This document shows positions 28,381 through 37,169 of a stretch of DNA of 64,000 nucleotides, piece by piece (within the stretch, counting starts at the first letter, position 1; every line of letters begins with the position of its first letter). The DNA is from Bacilli bacterium. GTDB lineage: Bacteria > Bacillota_I > Bacilli_A > RFN20 > CAG-826. The stretch spans positions 860 through 64,859 of the forward strand of contig CAAFZT010000029.1 of the NCBI GenBank assembly GCA_900767605.1, in the 5' to 3' direction. The notes under the pieces are model-generated. The model saw only the letters and a program-made list of their open reading frames with translations. It made no database searches and was not told where the DNA came from. Position numbers and translations under genes: made by a program.

Positions 28381-31005
28381 TTAGAAGTCTCCATCTCCAA
28401 ATATGGAGATTTGCTCAAATTTTTCTGGGCCTTTAGATTTTTGTTCCGTCGTATCTTCTACTTCCGAAGTAGAGTTTTCTTCTTCGCTTTCTTTTACAGC
28501 TTCCACGTGATAACTGACCATCGAATCGTCAATTAAGGTGGAATCCCTGGTGAAAATAGTGGCTACGGTAGCTCCTTTTGGGAGTTGGATGGAACTGCCT
28601 TTGGCATATTTATCCATGGGGGTTAAATAGAAGTCCTCAAAAGTAATCGAAGCAGTTTCGCCGTTACTAAGGGTAGCCGTAAGGGTGTAAGGGGGTTCCA
28701 CATCTGGTGCTTTTTGGGCGTAGACAAGGAAATGCGGTTCGTTTTTAAAGGATTTGAAAAGGGTGGTTGCTTTATTCAGACGACCCGTTCTCGTTACGTT
28801 GCTCGAACTGGCCACCCGAGTATATCCTAGTTGAGTAACTAGGAGCAATTTGGCGCTTTCCTCCGGGAGGAACGAAAGCATACCTGCCACGAGCCCCCCG
28901 CGGAAGGAGGCGGCTTTTACCCCAGCGGAATTGGTGGAACTATAGGCAATTTCATTTTCATTATAGAAGGTGGCAAGCCCCGTATCGCTGAAAATCATTA
29001 AATCGCTATTGCCACTTGTTAAGGCGACATCCACTACTTCGTCATCGCCAAGTAAACGCATAGCGCGAATCGGGCGATTGAAACGGGAAACCTGGAAAGA
29101 AGATAACTTCGTGCGTTTAATTTGGCCTTTTTTGGAAACTAAGGCGATGAAAAGATCGTCGCGGAATTTCCGTACCGCAAAGGCGCGAACAAGTTTTTCT
29201 TCTGCAGGAAGAGAAATCGCATAATTGACGTGAATTCCTTCATCATTCCATTTATTGGCCTTGATCAAATGGACGGGAATATAAAGGAAGTTGCCCTTGG
29301 AGGTAAAAACAAGCATCCAATCGGTGGTGTCGCATTGGCCATCGAAAATGAGAGTATCGCCATTTTTAAGGCCGGGCAGCTCTCCGTTAGCTCCGCCGCT
29401 AGAACGCCAAGAAGCGAGCGAAGAACGCTTAATATATCCGTCGCGAGTCACCACAACCATCACGGTTTCTTTGGCTACCAAATCCCTTTGGTTGATGGAA
29501 CGCATGGAAACATCTTCTTCTTCGATGGCGGTTCTCCGCGGGGTGTCGAAGCGTTTTACGATGGCTTTTAAACTGGAGATGATCAGCGAATTCATCTTAT
29601 CTGGATTTCGCAAAGTTTCCTTCAAATCCGCTATTTCAAGGTCTAAACGCTTCTCTTCGTCTAAAACGGTTTCCACATCGAAATTGCTTAGCTTGTATAG
29701 AGGCATCATGACGATGGCTTCGCTTTGAGCTTCCGTAAAACCGAATTCTGCGGCAATGTTAACTTTGGATTCTGCTTTGTCACGGCTACGTTTGATGACT
29801 CGAACGATTTGATCGATGAGGTCACTCGCCCGGATCAATCCTTCTACGATTTCTAGTCGAGCAAGGTCCTTCTTTAAATCGAATTGGCAACGTCTAGTTT
29901 CCACATCGACTTGGTGAGCAATATAAGTGTCGCAATAAGAAAGCAGGTTCATGACCTGGGGTCGACCATTGACAATAGCTACCATATTGGCCGTATAGGA
30001 AGAGCGTAGCTGCGTTTTTTGCATTAAATAAGCCAATATGGACTCCGGCTTGAAGCCTTCTTTGATATCGACGGCGATACGAAGCCCGCTTTTATCGGTT
30101 TCGTCGCGAACTTCATCAATGCCGGCAATGGTTTTGTCATGCCGCAATTTGTCAATCGCGTATACGAGTTGGGATTTATTCACCCCATAGGGAATTTCGG
30201 TGATGATGATTTGACTAGTCCCGTCCTTGGCTTCTTCAATGGACGTTTTGCTAGCCACGTCGATTTTTCCACGCCCCGTAAGATAAATATCGCTTAATCC
30301 TTGCGATTCGTAGATGATTCCGCCAGTAGGAAAATCCGGCCCTGGGACAAAACGCATTAGGGTTTCAATGGGGCAATTGGGGTGCTGGATTCGATAGATG
30401 ATTGCAGAAGTTACTTCGCCCAAATTGTGCGGAGGAATTTCCGTAGCCATGCCAACGGCAATCCCGCTGGACCCGTTCACGAAAAGATTGGGGAAATGGC
30501 AAGGCAAAACCTGAGGCTCAAATTCGGTGTCATCGAAGGTTAGGCCCATGTCGACGGTGTTTTTGTCGATATCGCGGATTAATTCTTGGGATAAAGCCGC
30601 CAAACGAGCTTCCGTATAACGATAAGCCGCAGCGGGATCGCCATCCATGGAACCGTTATTTCCTTGGAAGTCGATTAACGGAGCACGAACGCGCCAGGTT
30701 TGGGACATACGGACGAGGGCGTCATAAATGGAACTATCGCCATGAGGGTGATACTTCCCCATGACTTCACCCACGATATGAGCACATTTCTTGGTCGGTT
30801 TATCAATCGTGTTGCCTGTTTTCCACATGGCAAAAACAATACGACGCTGAACCGGTTTTAAACCATCTCGAGCATCAGGAATCGCACGGTCTTGAATTAC
30901 GTCTTTGGCGTAGATGTCAAAACGATCCCCCATCAAGTCATCCAAAGTGGATGGCACGAGGTTTTCTATGATTTCTGGGGTTTCGTCCTTCCTTTTTTTC
31001 GCCAT
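28381..31005 (-). CDS. parC: DNA topoisomerase IV subunit A (ParC)
   Basis: 874 aa. Type IIA A-subunit motifs (DGLKPVQRR, AAAYRYTEARL with the catalytic Tyr). The GyrA-box position reads SSGGANG rather than QRRGGKG. Adjacent to plsY, as in Bacillus and Streptococcus, and terminus-proximal. ParC is therefore favoured over GyrA. Confidence 0.75.
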   Translation of the reverse strand: MAKKRKDETPEIIENLVPSTLDDLMGDRFDIYAKDVIQDRAIPDARDGLKPVQRRIVFAMWKTGNTIDKPTKKCAHIVGEVMGKYHPHGDSSIYDALVRMSQTWRVRAPLIDFQGNNGSMDGDPAAAYRYTEARLAALSQELIRDIDKNTVDMGLTFDDTEFEPQVLPCHFPNLFVNGSSGIAVGMATEIPPHNLGEVTSAIIYRIQHPNCPIETLMRFVPGPDFPTGGIIYESQGLSDIYLTGRGKIDVASKTSIEEAKDGTSQIIITEIPYGVNKSQLVYAIDKLRHDKTIAGIDEVRDETDKSGLRIAVDIKEGFKPESILAYLMQKTQLRSSYTANMVAIVNGRPQVMNLLSYCDTYIAHQVDVETRRCQFDLKKDLARLEIVEGLIRASDLIDQIVRVIKRSRDKAESKVNIAAEFGFTEAQSEAIVMMPLYKLSNFDVETVLDEEKRLDLEIADLKETLRNPDKMNSLIISSLKAIVKRFDTPRRTAIEEEDVSMRSINQRDLVAKETVMVVVTRDGYIKRSSLASWRSSGGANGELPGLKNGDTLIFDGQCDTTDWMLVFTSKGNFLYIPVHLIKANKWNDEGIHVNYAISLPAEEKLVRAFAVRKFRDDLFIALVSKKGQIKRTKLSSFQVSRFNRPIRAMRLLGDDEVVDVALTSGNSDLMIFSDTGLATFYNENEIAYSSTNSAGVKAASFRGGLVAGMLSFLPEESAKLLLVTQLGYTRVASSSNVTRTGRLNKATTLFKSFKNEPHFLVYAQKAPDVEPPYTLTATLSNGETASITFEDFYLTPMDKYAKGSSIQLPKGATVATIFTRDSTLIDDSMVSYHVEAVKESEEENSTSEVEDTTEQKSKGPEKFEQISIFGDGDF

Positions 31006-32954
31006 TATTTCTTAACCTCTTTAATGAATGTGTCCTCTTCGTTGAAGGAGACGTTTTCCTCAATCCAGGCCCGACGCTGCGAAGGATCGTTTCCCATGAG
31101 GATGCTAATGCGCTTTTCAACCACCAAGGGGTCTTCTATCGTAACCTTATATAATTTACGCGTGGCTTTATTCATGGTCGTGTTATAGAGTTGATCGGCG
31201 TTCATTTCGCCCAACCCTTTATACCGGTTGATTCCATATCCTGGGCCGATTTTCTTTTTAGCCTCTTCCAAAGATTCGTCGTCCCATGCGTATACAAATT
31301 TATGCGCTGGATCGCTTTTTTTATAAACGCGATAAAGAGGCGGGCAAGCAATATAGACCATTCCGTGGGTGATAAGGGGCTTCATATAATTATAGAAGAA
31401 GGTTAAAAGCAAAATTTGAATGTGAGCACCATCGGTATCAGCATCGGTCATGATGATGATTTTGCCGTAGTGACTATCTTCTACATCAAAATTCGCGCCG
31501 ACTCCCGCTCCGATCGTTTGAATAATCGTGGAAAATTCCGTGTTAGCCAACATGCGCTCCATGGTAACGGAATCGGTATTGAGAGGTTTGCCGCGTAAGG
31601 GAAGAATAGCTTGGTGCATGCGGTCACGGCCCGATTTCGCCGAGCCTCCCGCGGAGTCGCCCTCTACAATAAAGAGCTCGTTATTGCGATAATCCTTGCT
31701 CTGTGCGGAAGCGAGCTTGTCCGAAATAATGAAGTCTTGTTTTTTGGTTTTTCCGTTCCTTGCGGCCTGCTTTGCTTTTCTTGCCGCGTCTCTAGCGGCT
31801 TTCGAAGCTTGGCACTTCTTCACCAAATCCACCGCGAAATCCTTGTGCTCTGCGAGGTAGTGAACAAGGTTATTATAAACGAAGTCGTTGACAACGGACG
31901 TTGCCTCCGGAGTTCCTAATTTTCCTTTGGTCTGTCCTTCGTATTCGAGCTTATCTTCGGGAATTTTAACAGCAATAATAGCCGTTAAGCCTTCACGAAT
32001 GTCAGTGCCATCTAGTTTTTGATTTTCTTTGATTACGCCGTTTTGGAGGGCCCAATCATTCACGGCACGGGTAATGCCTAATCTCAAGCCCGTTTCATGC
32101 GTGCCGCCGTCATGAGTACGAACCGAGTTGGCATAGGAATAGACGTTTTCATTGTAATCTTCGTTGCACCATTGCATGGCGACTTCCATGCGAATGGACG
32201 AGGTTTCATCATCAAAACCGATTACGCCGCCGATTGGCTTCTTGTTTTGGTTTAAAACACTGATGTATTCGATAAGGCCTTGGGGATAAAAGAATTCGTG
32301 ACTGAGACCCGTACGTTCATCTTTAAGGAAAAAGTGAACCTTTTTGAGCAAAAAAGCTTCTTCCTGAAGGTGGTTATAAATCGTGTCCCACTTAAATTCG
32401 ACCGTGGAAAAAATTCTTTTGTCCGGCTTGAAACGTACCAAGGTTCCGTGCTTTTTTGTCGGTCCGAGTTCCTCAAGGGGTTGGACAAGTTTGCCACCGT
32501 CTTCGAATCGAATGTGGTATATTTTCCCCAATCGATAAATAGTAACGTCGATCCATTCTGAAAGCGCGTTGGTAACAGTCGCACCGACACCGTGTAGACC
32601 GGCTGAAGTCGTGTAATTTTTGCTAGAAAATTTTCCGCCAGAATGGAGCGTAGTGTAAATCAACTGTACTGCGGGGATGCCTGTTTGAGGGTGAATGTCG
32701 ACGGGGATGCCGCGCCCTTCGTCTTCCACGGAAACCGATCCATCTTTATGGATGCAAACGGAAACACGATCCCCATACCCGTTGACTGCTTCATCTACCC
32801 CGTTATCGACGATTTCCCAAACCAAATGGTGAAGTCCCGTGGAATTAGTAGAACCGATGTACATGCCCGGGCGTTTGCGCACTCCTTCCATCTCGCTAAG
32901 GAGTTCAATGTTGCGCGCGCTATATTGCTTTTCGGCTTCCTCAATGTTGACCAT
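31005..32954 (-). CDS. parE: DNA topoisomerase IV subunit B (ParE)
   Basis: 649 aa. GHKL ATPase (VDNGVDEA, GLHGVG), Toprim (EGDSAGGS, DADTDGAHI). Its stop overlaps the parC start by 1 nt. Confidence 0.75.
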   Translation of the reverse strand: MVNIEEAEKQYSARNIELLSEMEGVRKRPGMYIGSTNSTGLHHLVWEIVDNGVDEAVNGYGDRVSVCIHKDGSVSVEDEGRGIPVDIHPQTGIPAVQLIYTTLHSGGKFSSKNYTTSAGLHGVGATVTNALSEWIDVTIYRLGKIYHIRFEDGGKLVQPLEELGPTKKHGTLVRFKPDKRIFSTVEFKWDTIYNHLQEEAFLLKKVHFFLKDERTGLSHEFFYPQGLIEYISVLNQNKKPIGGVIGFDDETSSIRMEVAMQWCNEDYNENVYSYANSVRTHDGGTHETGLRLGITRAVNDWALQNGVIKENQKLDGTDIREGLTAIIAVKIPEDKLEYEGQTKGKLGTPEATSVVNDFVYNNLVHYLAEHKDFAVDLVKKCQASKAARDAARKAKQAARNGKTKKQDFIISDKLASAQSKDYRNNELFIVEGDSAGGSAKSGRDRMHQAILPLRGKPLNTDSVTMERMLANTEFSTIIQTIGAGVGANFDVEDSHYGKIIIMTDADTDGAHIQILLLTFFYNYMKPLITHGMVYIACPPLYRVYKKSDPAHKFVYAWDDESLEEAKKKIGPGYGINRYKGLGEMNADQLYNTTMNKATRKLYKVTIEDPLVVEKRISILMGNDPSQRRAWIEENVSFNEEDTFIKEVKK

Positions 32955-32984
32955 ACGTGAATATTCAGTCTAATGACTGGGGGT

Positions 32985-32990
32985 ATTATA
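32985..32990 (-). promoter_or_regulatory. candidate -10 box (TATAAT) for parE
   Basis: A perfect TATAAT on the - strand 30 nt upstream of the parE ATG. No good -35 box. Confidence 0.3.
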
Positions 32991-33003
32991 ACGCATGAAA
33001 AGT

Positions 33004-33031
33004 TTGAAAAGCACCATTAAATCGCCATAAT
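33004..33031 (+). promoter_or_regulatory. candidate sigma-A promoter for plsY (TTGAAA-N16-CATAAT)
   Basis: Read by eye in the divergent parE/plsY gap. Confidence 0.4.
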
Positions 33032-33052
33032 GGATAAGTTAGGAATTAAATT

Positions 33053-33820
33053 ATGAATCTCATATTGATTAATGTCCTCTACGGATTGTTCGCCGCTGCC
33101 CTTGGATATTTTGTTGGATCTATTCCAACAGGCGTGTTTGTTGGCAAATTATTTTTTCACGAAGACCCGCGAGATAAGGGGTCACATAATAGCGGTGGCA
33201 CCAATGTGGCAAGAACTTTTGGCAAAAAATTCGGGGTATTGGTCATTGTGCTCGATATGATTAAGGCCTTGATACCGGTTTTTGTCATTTGGGCCATTGG
33301 AGAATTTAGCCCATTGAACCAATATTTAGCTTGGAGCGCCACATGGGGGAACGCGCAAGTTGGCGGAAATAAAATGTTTTACTGGATGGCGGGACTCTTT
33401 TCCGCGATCGGTCATTGCTGGCCCATTTACATCCATTTCAAAGGCGGGAAAGCGGTCGCCTGTTTCATGGGGCTGAATTGCTTAACCTCGTGGCTTCAAT
33501 TCGTTTGTTCTGGTTTTTCTTATCTTTATATCGCGCATAAATCGAAATATATATCGTTAACTTCCATTATCGTCTCTGGGATTGGAATGATTGTTGCTTG
33601 GATTGTCTTTGTCATTCAAGTTTCCGTTCCGTCACAAATTTTTAACACCAATGTATTCCTTTGGAATTTTGGCTTTGGCCCCTTCTTAGAATACGGATTT
33701 GAATATGCGATTATGGATACGGCTATCACTGTTTTACTGATCGTTCGCCATAAATCCAACATTGAGCGGTTAAAAAAGCATACGGAAACAAAAAATCCTT
33801 TCTCTAAAGACGCAAAGTAA
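33053..33820 (+). CDS. plsY: glycerol-3-phosphate acyltransferase PlsY
   Basis: 255 aa. GSIPTG...GSHNSGGTNVAR and HCWPIYIHFKGGKAVA motifs. Longer than I would expect for PlsY. Confidence 0.9.
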   Translation: MNLILINVLYGLFAAALGYFVGSIPTGVFVGKLFFHEDPRDKGSHNSGGTNVARTFGKKFGVLVIVLDMIKALIPVFVIWAIGEFSPLNQYLAWSATWGNAQVGGNKMFYWMAGLFSAIGHCWPIYIHFKGGKAVACFMGLNCLTSWLQFVCSGFSYLYIAHKSKYISLTSIIVSGIGMIVAWIVFVIQVSVPSQIFNTNVFLWNFGFGPFLEYGFEYAIMDTAITVLLIVRHKSNIERLKKHTETKNPFSKDAK

Positions 33821-33824
33821 ATAA

Positions 33825-33841
33825 TTAGTAGTTTTCTAGGT
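33825..33841 (+). repeat. TTAGTA-N5-CTAGGT box, copy 3 (contains ATTAGTAGTT)
   Basis: TTAGTAGTTTTCTAGGT lies 5 nt after the plsY stop. Its left flank AAAGTAAATAA resembles that of copy 1 (AAAGTAATATA). Confidence 0.4.
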
Positions 33842-34016
33842 ATTTAAAATAAAAGAAAAACCTAAAAGGAATTTGAAAAAACATTCGAAAAATACTTTGT
33901 TTTTGATTGACAAAGTTTTGTAATTTAATTATTGGATTCTGATTTTTTAAAAATTGGACTATGTGTTATTATTTTTAGCATTTTGTCTTCGATGCATTCC
34001 TTACCCGCTTCTACTA

Positions 34017-34094
34017 CACCCTGGGCAATTAAACTCCGCACGTAATTTATTGTTAAATTATTTGTATTGAGAAAAGGATTGCTGCTCCAGGGTG
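34017..34094. repeat. 78-nt imperfect inverted repeat (CACCCTGG-GCAAT ... ATTGC-tgct-CCAGGGTG)
   Basis: 8-bp plus 5-bp complementary arms with a 4-nt bulge and a 48-nt AT-rich loop. No T-run on either side. Confidence 0.5.
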
Positions 34095-34177
34095 CAAAGA
34101 CAGAGGTGAAAAAGGAAAACTTACTTTAAATCTTTATGACTTTAATATACGACGAGTTTCCGAATCGTTATGACTAA

Positions 34178-34420
34178 CTACTCGAAAGATATTATCAAGT
34201 TATATACAGGCTGGTTTCCTTCAAATTCCACTAAATCTACTACACCAACATCTTTAAAAATCTTTCGCAGTTCTTCTTTTCCTGCTTCCAAGCATTCCTT
34301 GCCATAGAAAACTTTTATAACGTTGCAAGAAGAGATGTTCGCCGCATGGCTGAACGCGGTTTGGATGCAATCAGAAAAAACTAGACGAGGATGCAATAAT
34401 TTGCCAGTCGGAAATCTCAA
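34178..34420 (-). CDS. hypothetical small protein (80 aa, no recognised family)
   Basis: ORF with a TTG start, preceded by AAGGAG/AGGAGA. Lies in an AT-rich islet. Coding status is uncertain. Confidence 0.35.
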   Translation of the reverse strand: MRFPTGKLLHPRLVFSDCIQTAFSHAANISSCNVIKVFYGKECLEAGKEELRKIFKDVGVVDLVEFEGNQPVYNLIISFE

Positions 34421-34452
34421 TGCAATCTCCTTCTTTCACTCCTTTTTATGAT

Positions 34453-34819
34453 TTACTGTGGAACAAATGGTTTTGCTAAAGGAAATTTCTTCAACTTCCG
34501 ACAGATGGTTTCGATTTCCCTTGGAATAGATTTTGGTTCAGTCCAATAAGCGTCTCTAGAGTTAAAAAAAACAAACCACAAAGTTTTGCAGATGCCACAT
34601 ATATCGAACCAGGATCCTTGTACATGGATTGTGTTTGTTTTGCCGTAAGCAAAATGTTGGAATTTTTTGGAAAACGTCAAAGAAATCAGCATAAGTTCCG
34701 CCAACGCTTTTAAGAAATCTTTCGGGGGAGGATTCTTCGTTTGACTTGTCCGACATCCATCGTTCAGTGCCGCGCTGCGATTGTGTCGCGAACAGACGCT
34801 GCAATTTTGAAAGGATCAA
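34453..34819 (-). pseudogene. possible frameshifted orphan gene (two overlapping - strand frames)
   Basis: Frames 34562..34819 and 34453..34704 overlap. They could be joined at an A6 run (T6 on + at 34663..34668). No SD before the first ATG. No recognisable family. Confidence 0.25.
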
Positions 34820-34854
34820 GAGGCTCTTTACCCCGTGGATGGGACTGAAAAGAC

Positions 34855-34878
34855 AAAAAAGGCACCCATCTGGATGCC
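34855..34878 (-). terminator. rho-independent terminator (GGCAUCC-AGAU-GGGUGCC + U6)
   Basis: 7-bp stem (one G-U pair), tetraloop, then TTTTTT on the - strand. It closes a structured segment of about 100 nt. Confidence 0.6.
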
Positions 34879-34969
34879 CTGTTCGTCTAACGCCTTAAGG
34901 GTATAACTTTGGGCGGCCGCTTTCGCAAAACCGCCTTAAACCACCTTAGACGTTAGATGGCCATTATTA

Positions 34970-34995
34970 CAAAAAGCACGCTATTATAGCGTGCT
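34970..34995 (-). terminator. terminator of the efp-yneF transcript (potentially bidirectional)
   Basis: Stem AGCACGCT / AGCGTGCT with a 5-nt loop, overlapping the last yneF-like codons. T-runs follow on both strands. Confidence 0.65.
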
Positions 34996-35208
34996 GTTTT
35001 TCTTCATGGAATTCATGATTTTGCGAATGTCCGCTTCGCTGGGCTTACGTCCCATTTGAAGGTACATTGCACGAATCATTTGTTCGTTGATTGGAGGGTT
35101 CTTTTGGATTTCCTTTTTGATAATGACTCTAGCGCCGAAGAAACCGCCTACTAGGCCCAAAATCAATGCAGCGAGAACGAGGCAAAACCAGCCAACGTTC
35201 CATTCCAT
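34984..35208 (-). CDS. yneF: UPF0154 family membrane protein (YneF-like)
   Basis: 74 aa. One N-terminal TM helix, then KKNPPINEQMIRAMYLQMGRKPSE. This closely resembles B. subtilis YneF as I recall it. Confidence 0.8.
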   Translation of the reverse strand: MEWNVGWFCLVLAALILGLVGGFFGARVIIKKEIQKNPPINEQMIRAMYLQMGRKPSEADIRKIMNSMKKNSTL

Positions 35209-35771
35209 TAGTTGGCCCTCCCGTCGTATTTGCCAGTGGTGGTATCGACGGAGATCTTATCGCCTTGGTTGATGAAGAGAGGGACGCGGATGTTCATTCC
35301 GGTTTCAAGCTTAGCATCTTTGGAGCCGCCGTTAGAAACGGTGTCGCCACGGACGCCCGGCTCACATTCAACAACCGTTAAAGCAACTTTAGACGGAAGT
35401 TGAACATCCAAGATTTCATCTTCGTATGAGACGATGGTCACTTCTTGGTTCGGGGCGAGGAAGGGGATGATGTCGCCATAGTTATTTTTGGCGAGTTCGG
35501 CTTGTTCATAGGTTTTGCCGTCCATAAAGACAAGGGTTTCGCCGGAATCATAAAGATATTGCATGATTTTCTTGTCGATGTGAATGTCTTCGACTCCATA
35601 GCCCGAGTTTCTGGCGAGCTCGGTGATGGCTCCAGTGCGCAAATTTTTGACTTTGACTTTGGCGACCATTTTTCTCATGGCCGTTTTGTTAAGAAGGATA
35701 TCGATAACACGATAAAGATTTCCTTCATCAATGAAATAATTGCCAGGACGTAATTCGGTAACGTTGATCAT
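35208..35771 (-). CDS. efp: elongation factor P
   Basis: 187 aa. LRPGNYF..., KPGVRGDTVSNGGSKDAKLETG. Confidence 0.95.
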   Translation of the reverse strand: MINVTELRPGNYFIDEGNLYRVIDILLNKTAMRKMVAKVKVKNLRTGAITELARNSGYGVEDIHIDKKIMQYLYDSGETLVFMDGKTYEQAELAKNNYGDIIPFLAPNQEVTIVSYEDEILDVQLPSKVALTVVECEPGVRGDTVSNGGSKDAKLETGMNIRVPLFINQGDKISVDTTTGKYDGRAN

Positions 35772-35830
35772 TTTTCTACTCCTAAAAGCGTATCAAACGC
35801 GGTAGATATTATAAATAAATTTATAATCCG

Positions 35831-36487
35831 TTAAAAGCCCCAGTTCTTTGAAGAAAGATAGGGGTTATATTGCAACTCATTTTCGAGGGTGGTTTTCGGG
35901 CCGTGTCCTGGGAAAACGGAAGTATTTGGTGGCAATTTCATCAATTTTCCCAAGGAATCATCGCGAAGCCGGGGCGCAGAACCCGCAAGGTCATCACGTC
36001 CAATGCCCAAATGAAACAACGTATCCCCGGTGAAACATAGGTCGAGTTCTGAAAAATAAAAGCAGCAGGAACCTACTGTATGGAAGGGCGTATGAAGGAC
36101 CTGGCAACGAAGAGGACCCTCAAAAAGTTCCAATCCATCATATATTTCTTGTGCCTTCCCTCCCCAAACGAAGGGCTCGCCAATTAAATCTTCGGAGGCG
36201 TTTCGCTTTGGGGAAGATAAACAAGGAATATCCTGGGTATGAAGAAATACCGGGATTTCTTGGCAACCGCCGGTTCGCTGAGATAAGCCATAAATATGGT
36301 CGAAATGCCCGTGGGTCAATAAGATTCCTAGGCATCGACTATAATGTTTTTGTATAAATTTTCCAATGCGATCTGCACGATTGTCACCCGTGTCGATAAC
36401 AATGCAGGGGCCGTCTTCTTCCCCTAGACAATAAACATTAGACCAAAAACCTCCGTTATAGAGGTTTGTTACTTTGTAATTGCTCAT
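35831..36487 (-). CDS. MBL-fold metallo-hydrolase
   Basis: 218 aa. Metal-binding motif LTHGHFDHIYG plus downstream H/D ligands. Confidence 0.8.
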   Translation of the reverse strand: MSNYKVTNLYNGGFWSNVYCLGEEDGPCIVIDTGDNRADRIGKFIQKHYSRCLGILLTHGHFDHIYGLSQRTGGCQEIPVFLHTQDIPCLSSPKRNASEDLIGEPFVWGGKAQEIYDGLELFEGPLRCQVLHTPFHTVGSCCFYFSELDLCFTGDTLFHLGIGRDDLAGSAPRLRDDSLGKLMKLPPNTSVFPGHGPKTTLENELQYNPYLSSKNWGF

Positions 36488-36882
36488 AGCGTGATAATCA
36501 GTTCATCAAAATGCTCACTCGCGTAAGAATAACTATACCAATTCATCCAAATAGAATCGGCCATTTCTTTGTTTTGTCTTAGTTCCTCGTTATACCAGGC
36601 GATTTCTTTCGTGACCTTTTTTAGTTCGGATTCTTTGCTTTCGTCGTTTTTAGCTTCGAGATAACGAGACATTAAGTCCTCTCGGTTTTGCAAGGATATT
36701 TCGTAAGCTTTTTGATTGCCGAATGCATGATAGGTAACGCTAGTAAGATTAAAAACAAAAGCCATCCCCAAAATCAAAGAAGAAAATGCACCGATCCCTT
36801 CAGGGATTTTTTTCTTCTTGGTTAATACACTTAGGGGGATAAACCCAAGGGAAACAATGGTGATGAAAAAGAAAAGAAGCAT
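36484..36882 (-). CDS. hypothetical membrane protein
   Basis: 132 aa. Two TM helices, then a charged helical region. 4-nt overlap with the MBL gene. Confidence 0.5.
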   Translation of the reverse strand: MLLFFFITIVSLGFIPLSVLTKKKKIPEGIGAFSSLILGMAFVFNLTSVTYHAFGNQKAYEISLQNREDLMSRYLEAKNDESKESELKKVTKEIAWYNEELRQNKEMADSIWMNWYSYSYASEHFDELIITL

Positions 36883-36915
36883 GCTTTAGTTTAACAAAAA
36901 AATAAGGCCGAGGCC

Positions 36916-37074
36916 TTATTTTTTCTCTTTGTGCAACGTCTTTTCCCTGCAACGGTGGCAATATTTTTTGATTTCCATTTTAGCAGGGTGAGAGTGCTTA
37001 TTACGGGTGGTGATGTAATTTTCTTCACCGCACACGGTGCACTTCAAGATGACTTCATCGCGTTTGCTGGCCAT
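36916..37074 (-). CDS. rpmG: 50S ribosomal protein L33 (zinc-ribbon form)
   Basis: MASKRDEVILKCTVCGEENY...CHRCREKTLHKE. GGGAG lies 9 nt upstream of the ATG at 37074. The ORF track extends to 37113. Confidence 0.9.
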   Translation of the reverse strand: MASKRDEVILKCTVCGEENYITTRNKHSHPAKMEIKKYCHRCREKTLHKEKK

Positions 37075-37169
37075 TTTTCTTCTCCCTCTATTGAGCGTTG
37101 ATGAGTTTACCATAGTAAAAAGGGAAAATCTATAAGCAAAATCGGGCGAAAAGGCATTACAATGAAGTT

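Noticed and set aside
28381-32954. The type IIA topoisomerase pair could be gyrB-gyrA rather than parE-parC.
   Set aside because: There is no GyrA box (QRRGGKG) at the start of the A-subunit C-terminal domain. The neighbour is plsY, as with parEC in Bacillus and Streptococcus, and the location is terminus-proximal rather than next to dnaA/dnaN/recF. Some uncertainty remains, hence confidence 0.75.
34855-34968. The GC-rich structured segment might be a tRNA fragment or attachment-site remnant, because a GTTCG-like string occurs in it.
   Set aside because: There is no acceptor stem, no T-loop consensus (GTTCRANYC) and no anticodon arm geometry. It is kept only as an unclassified structured element.
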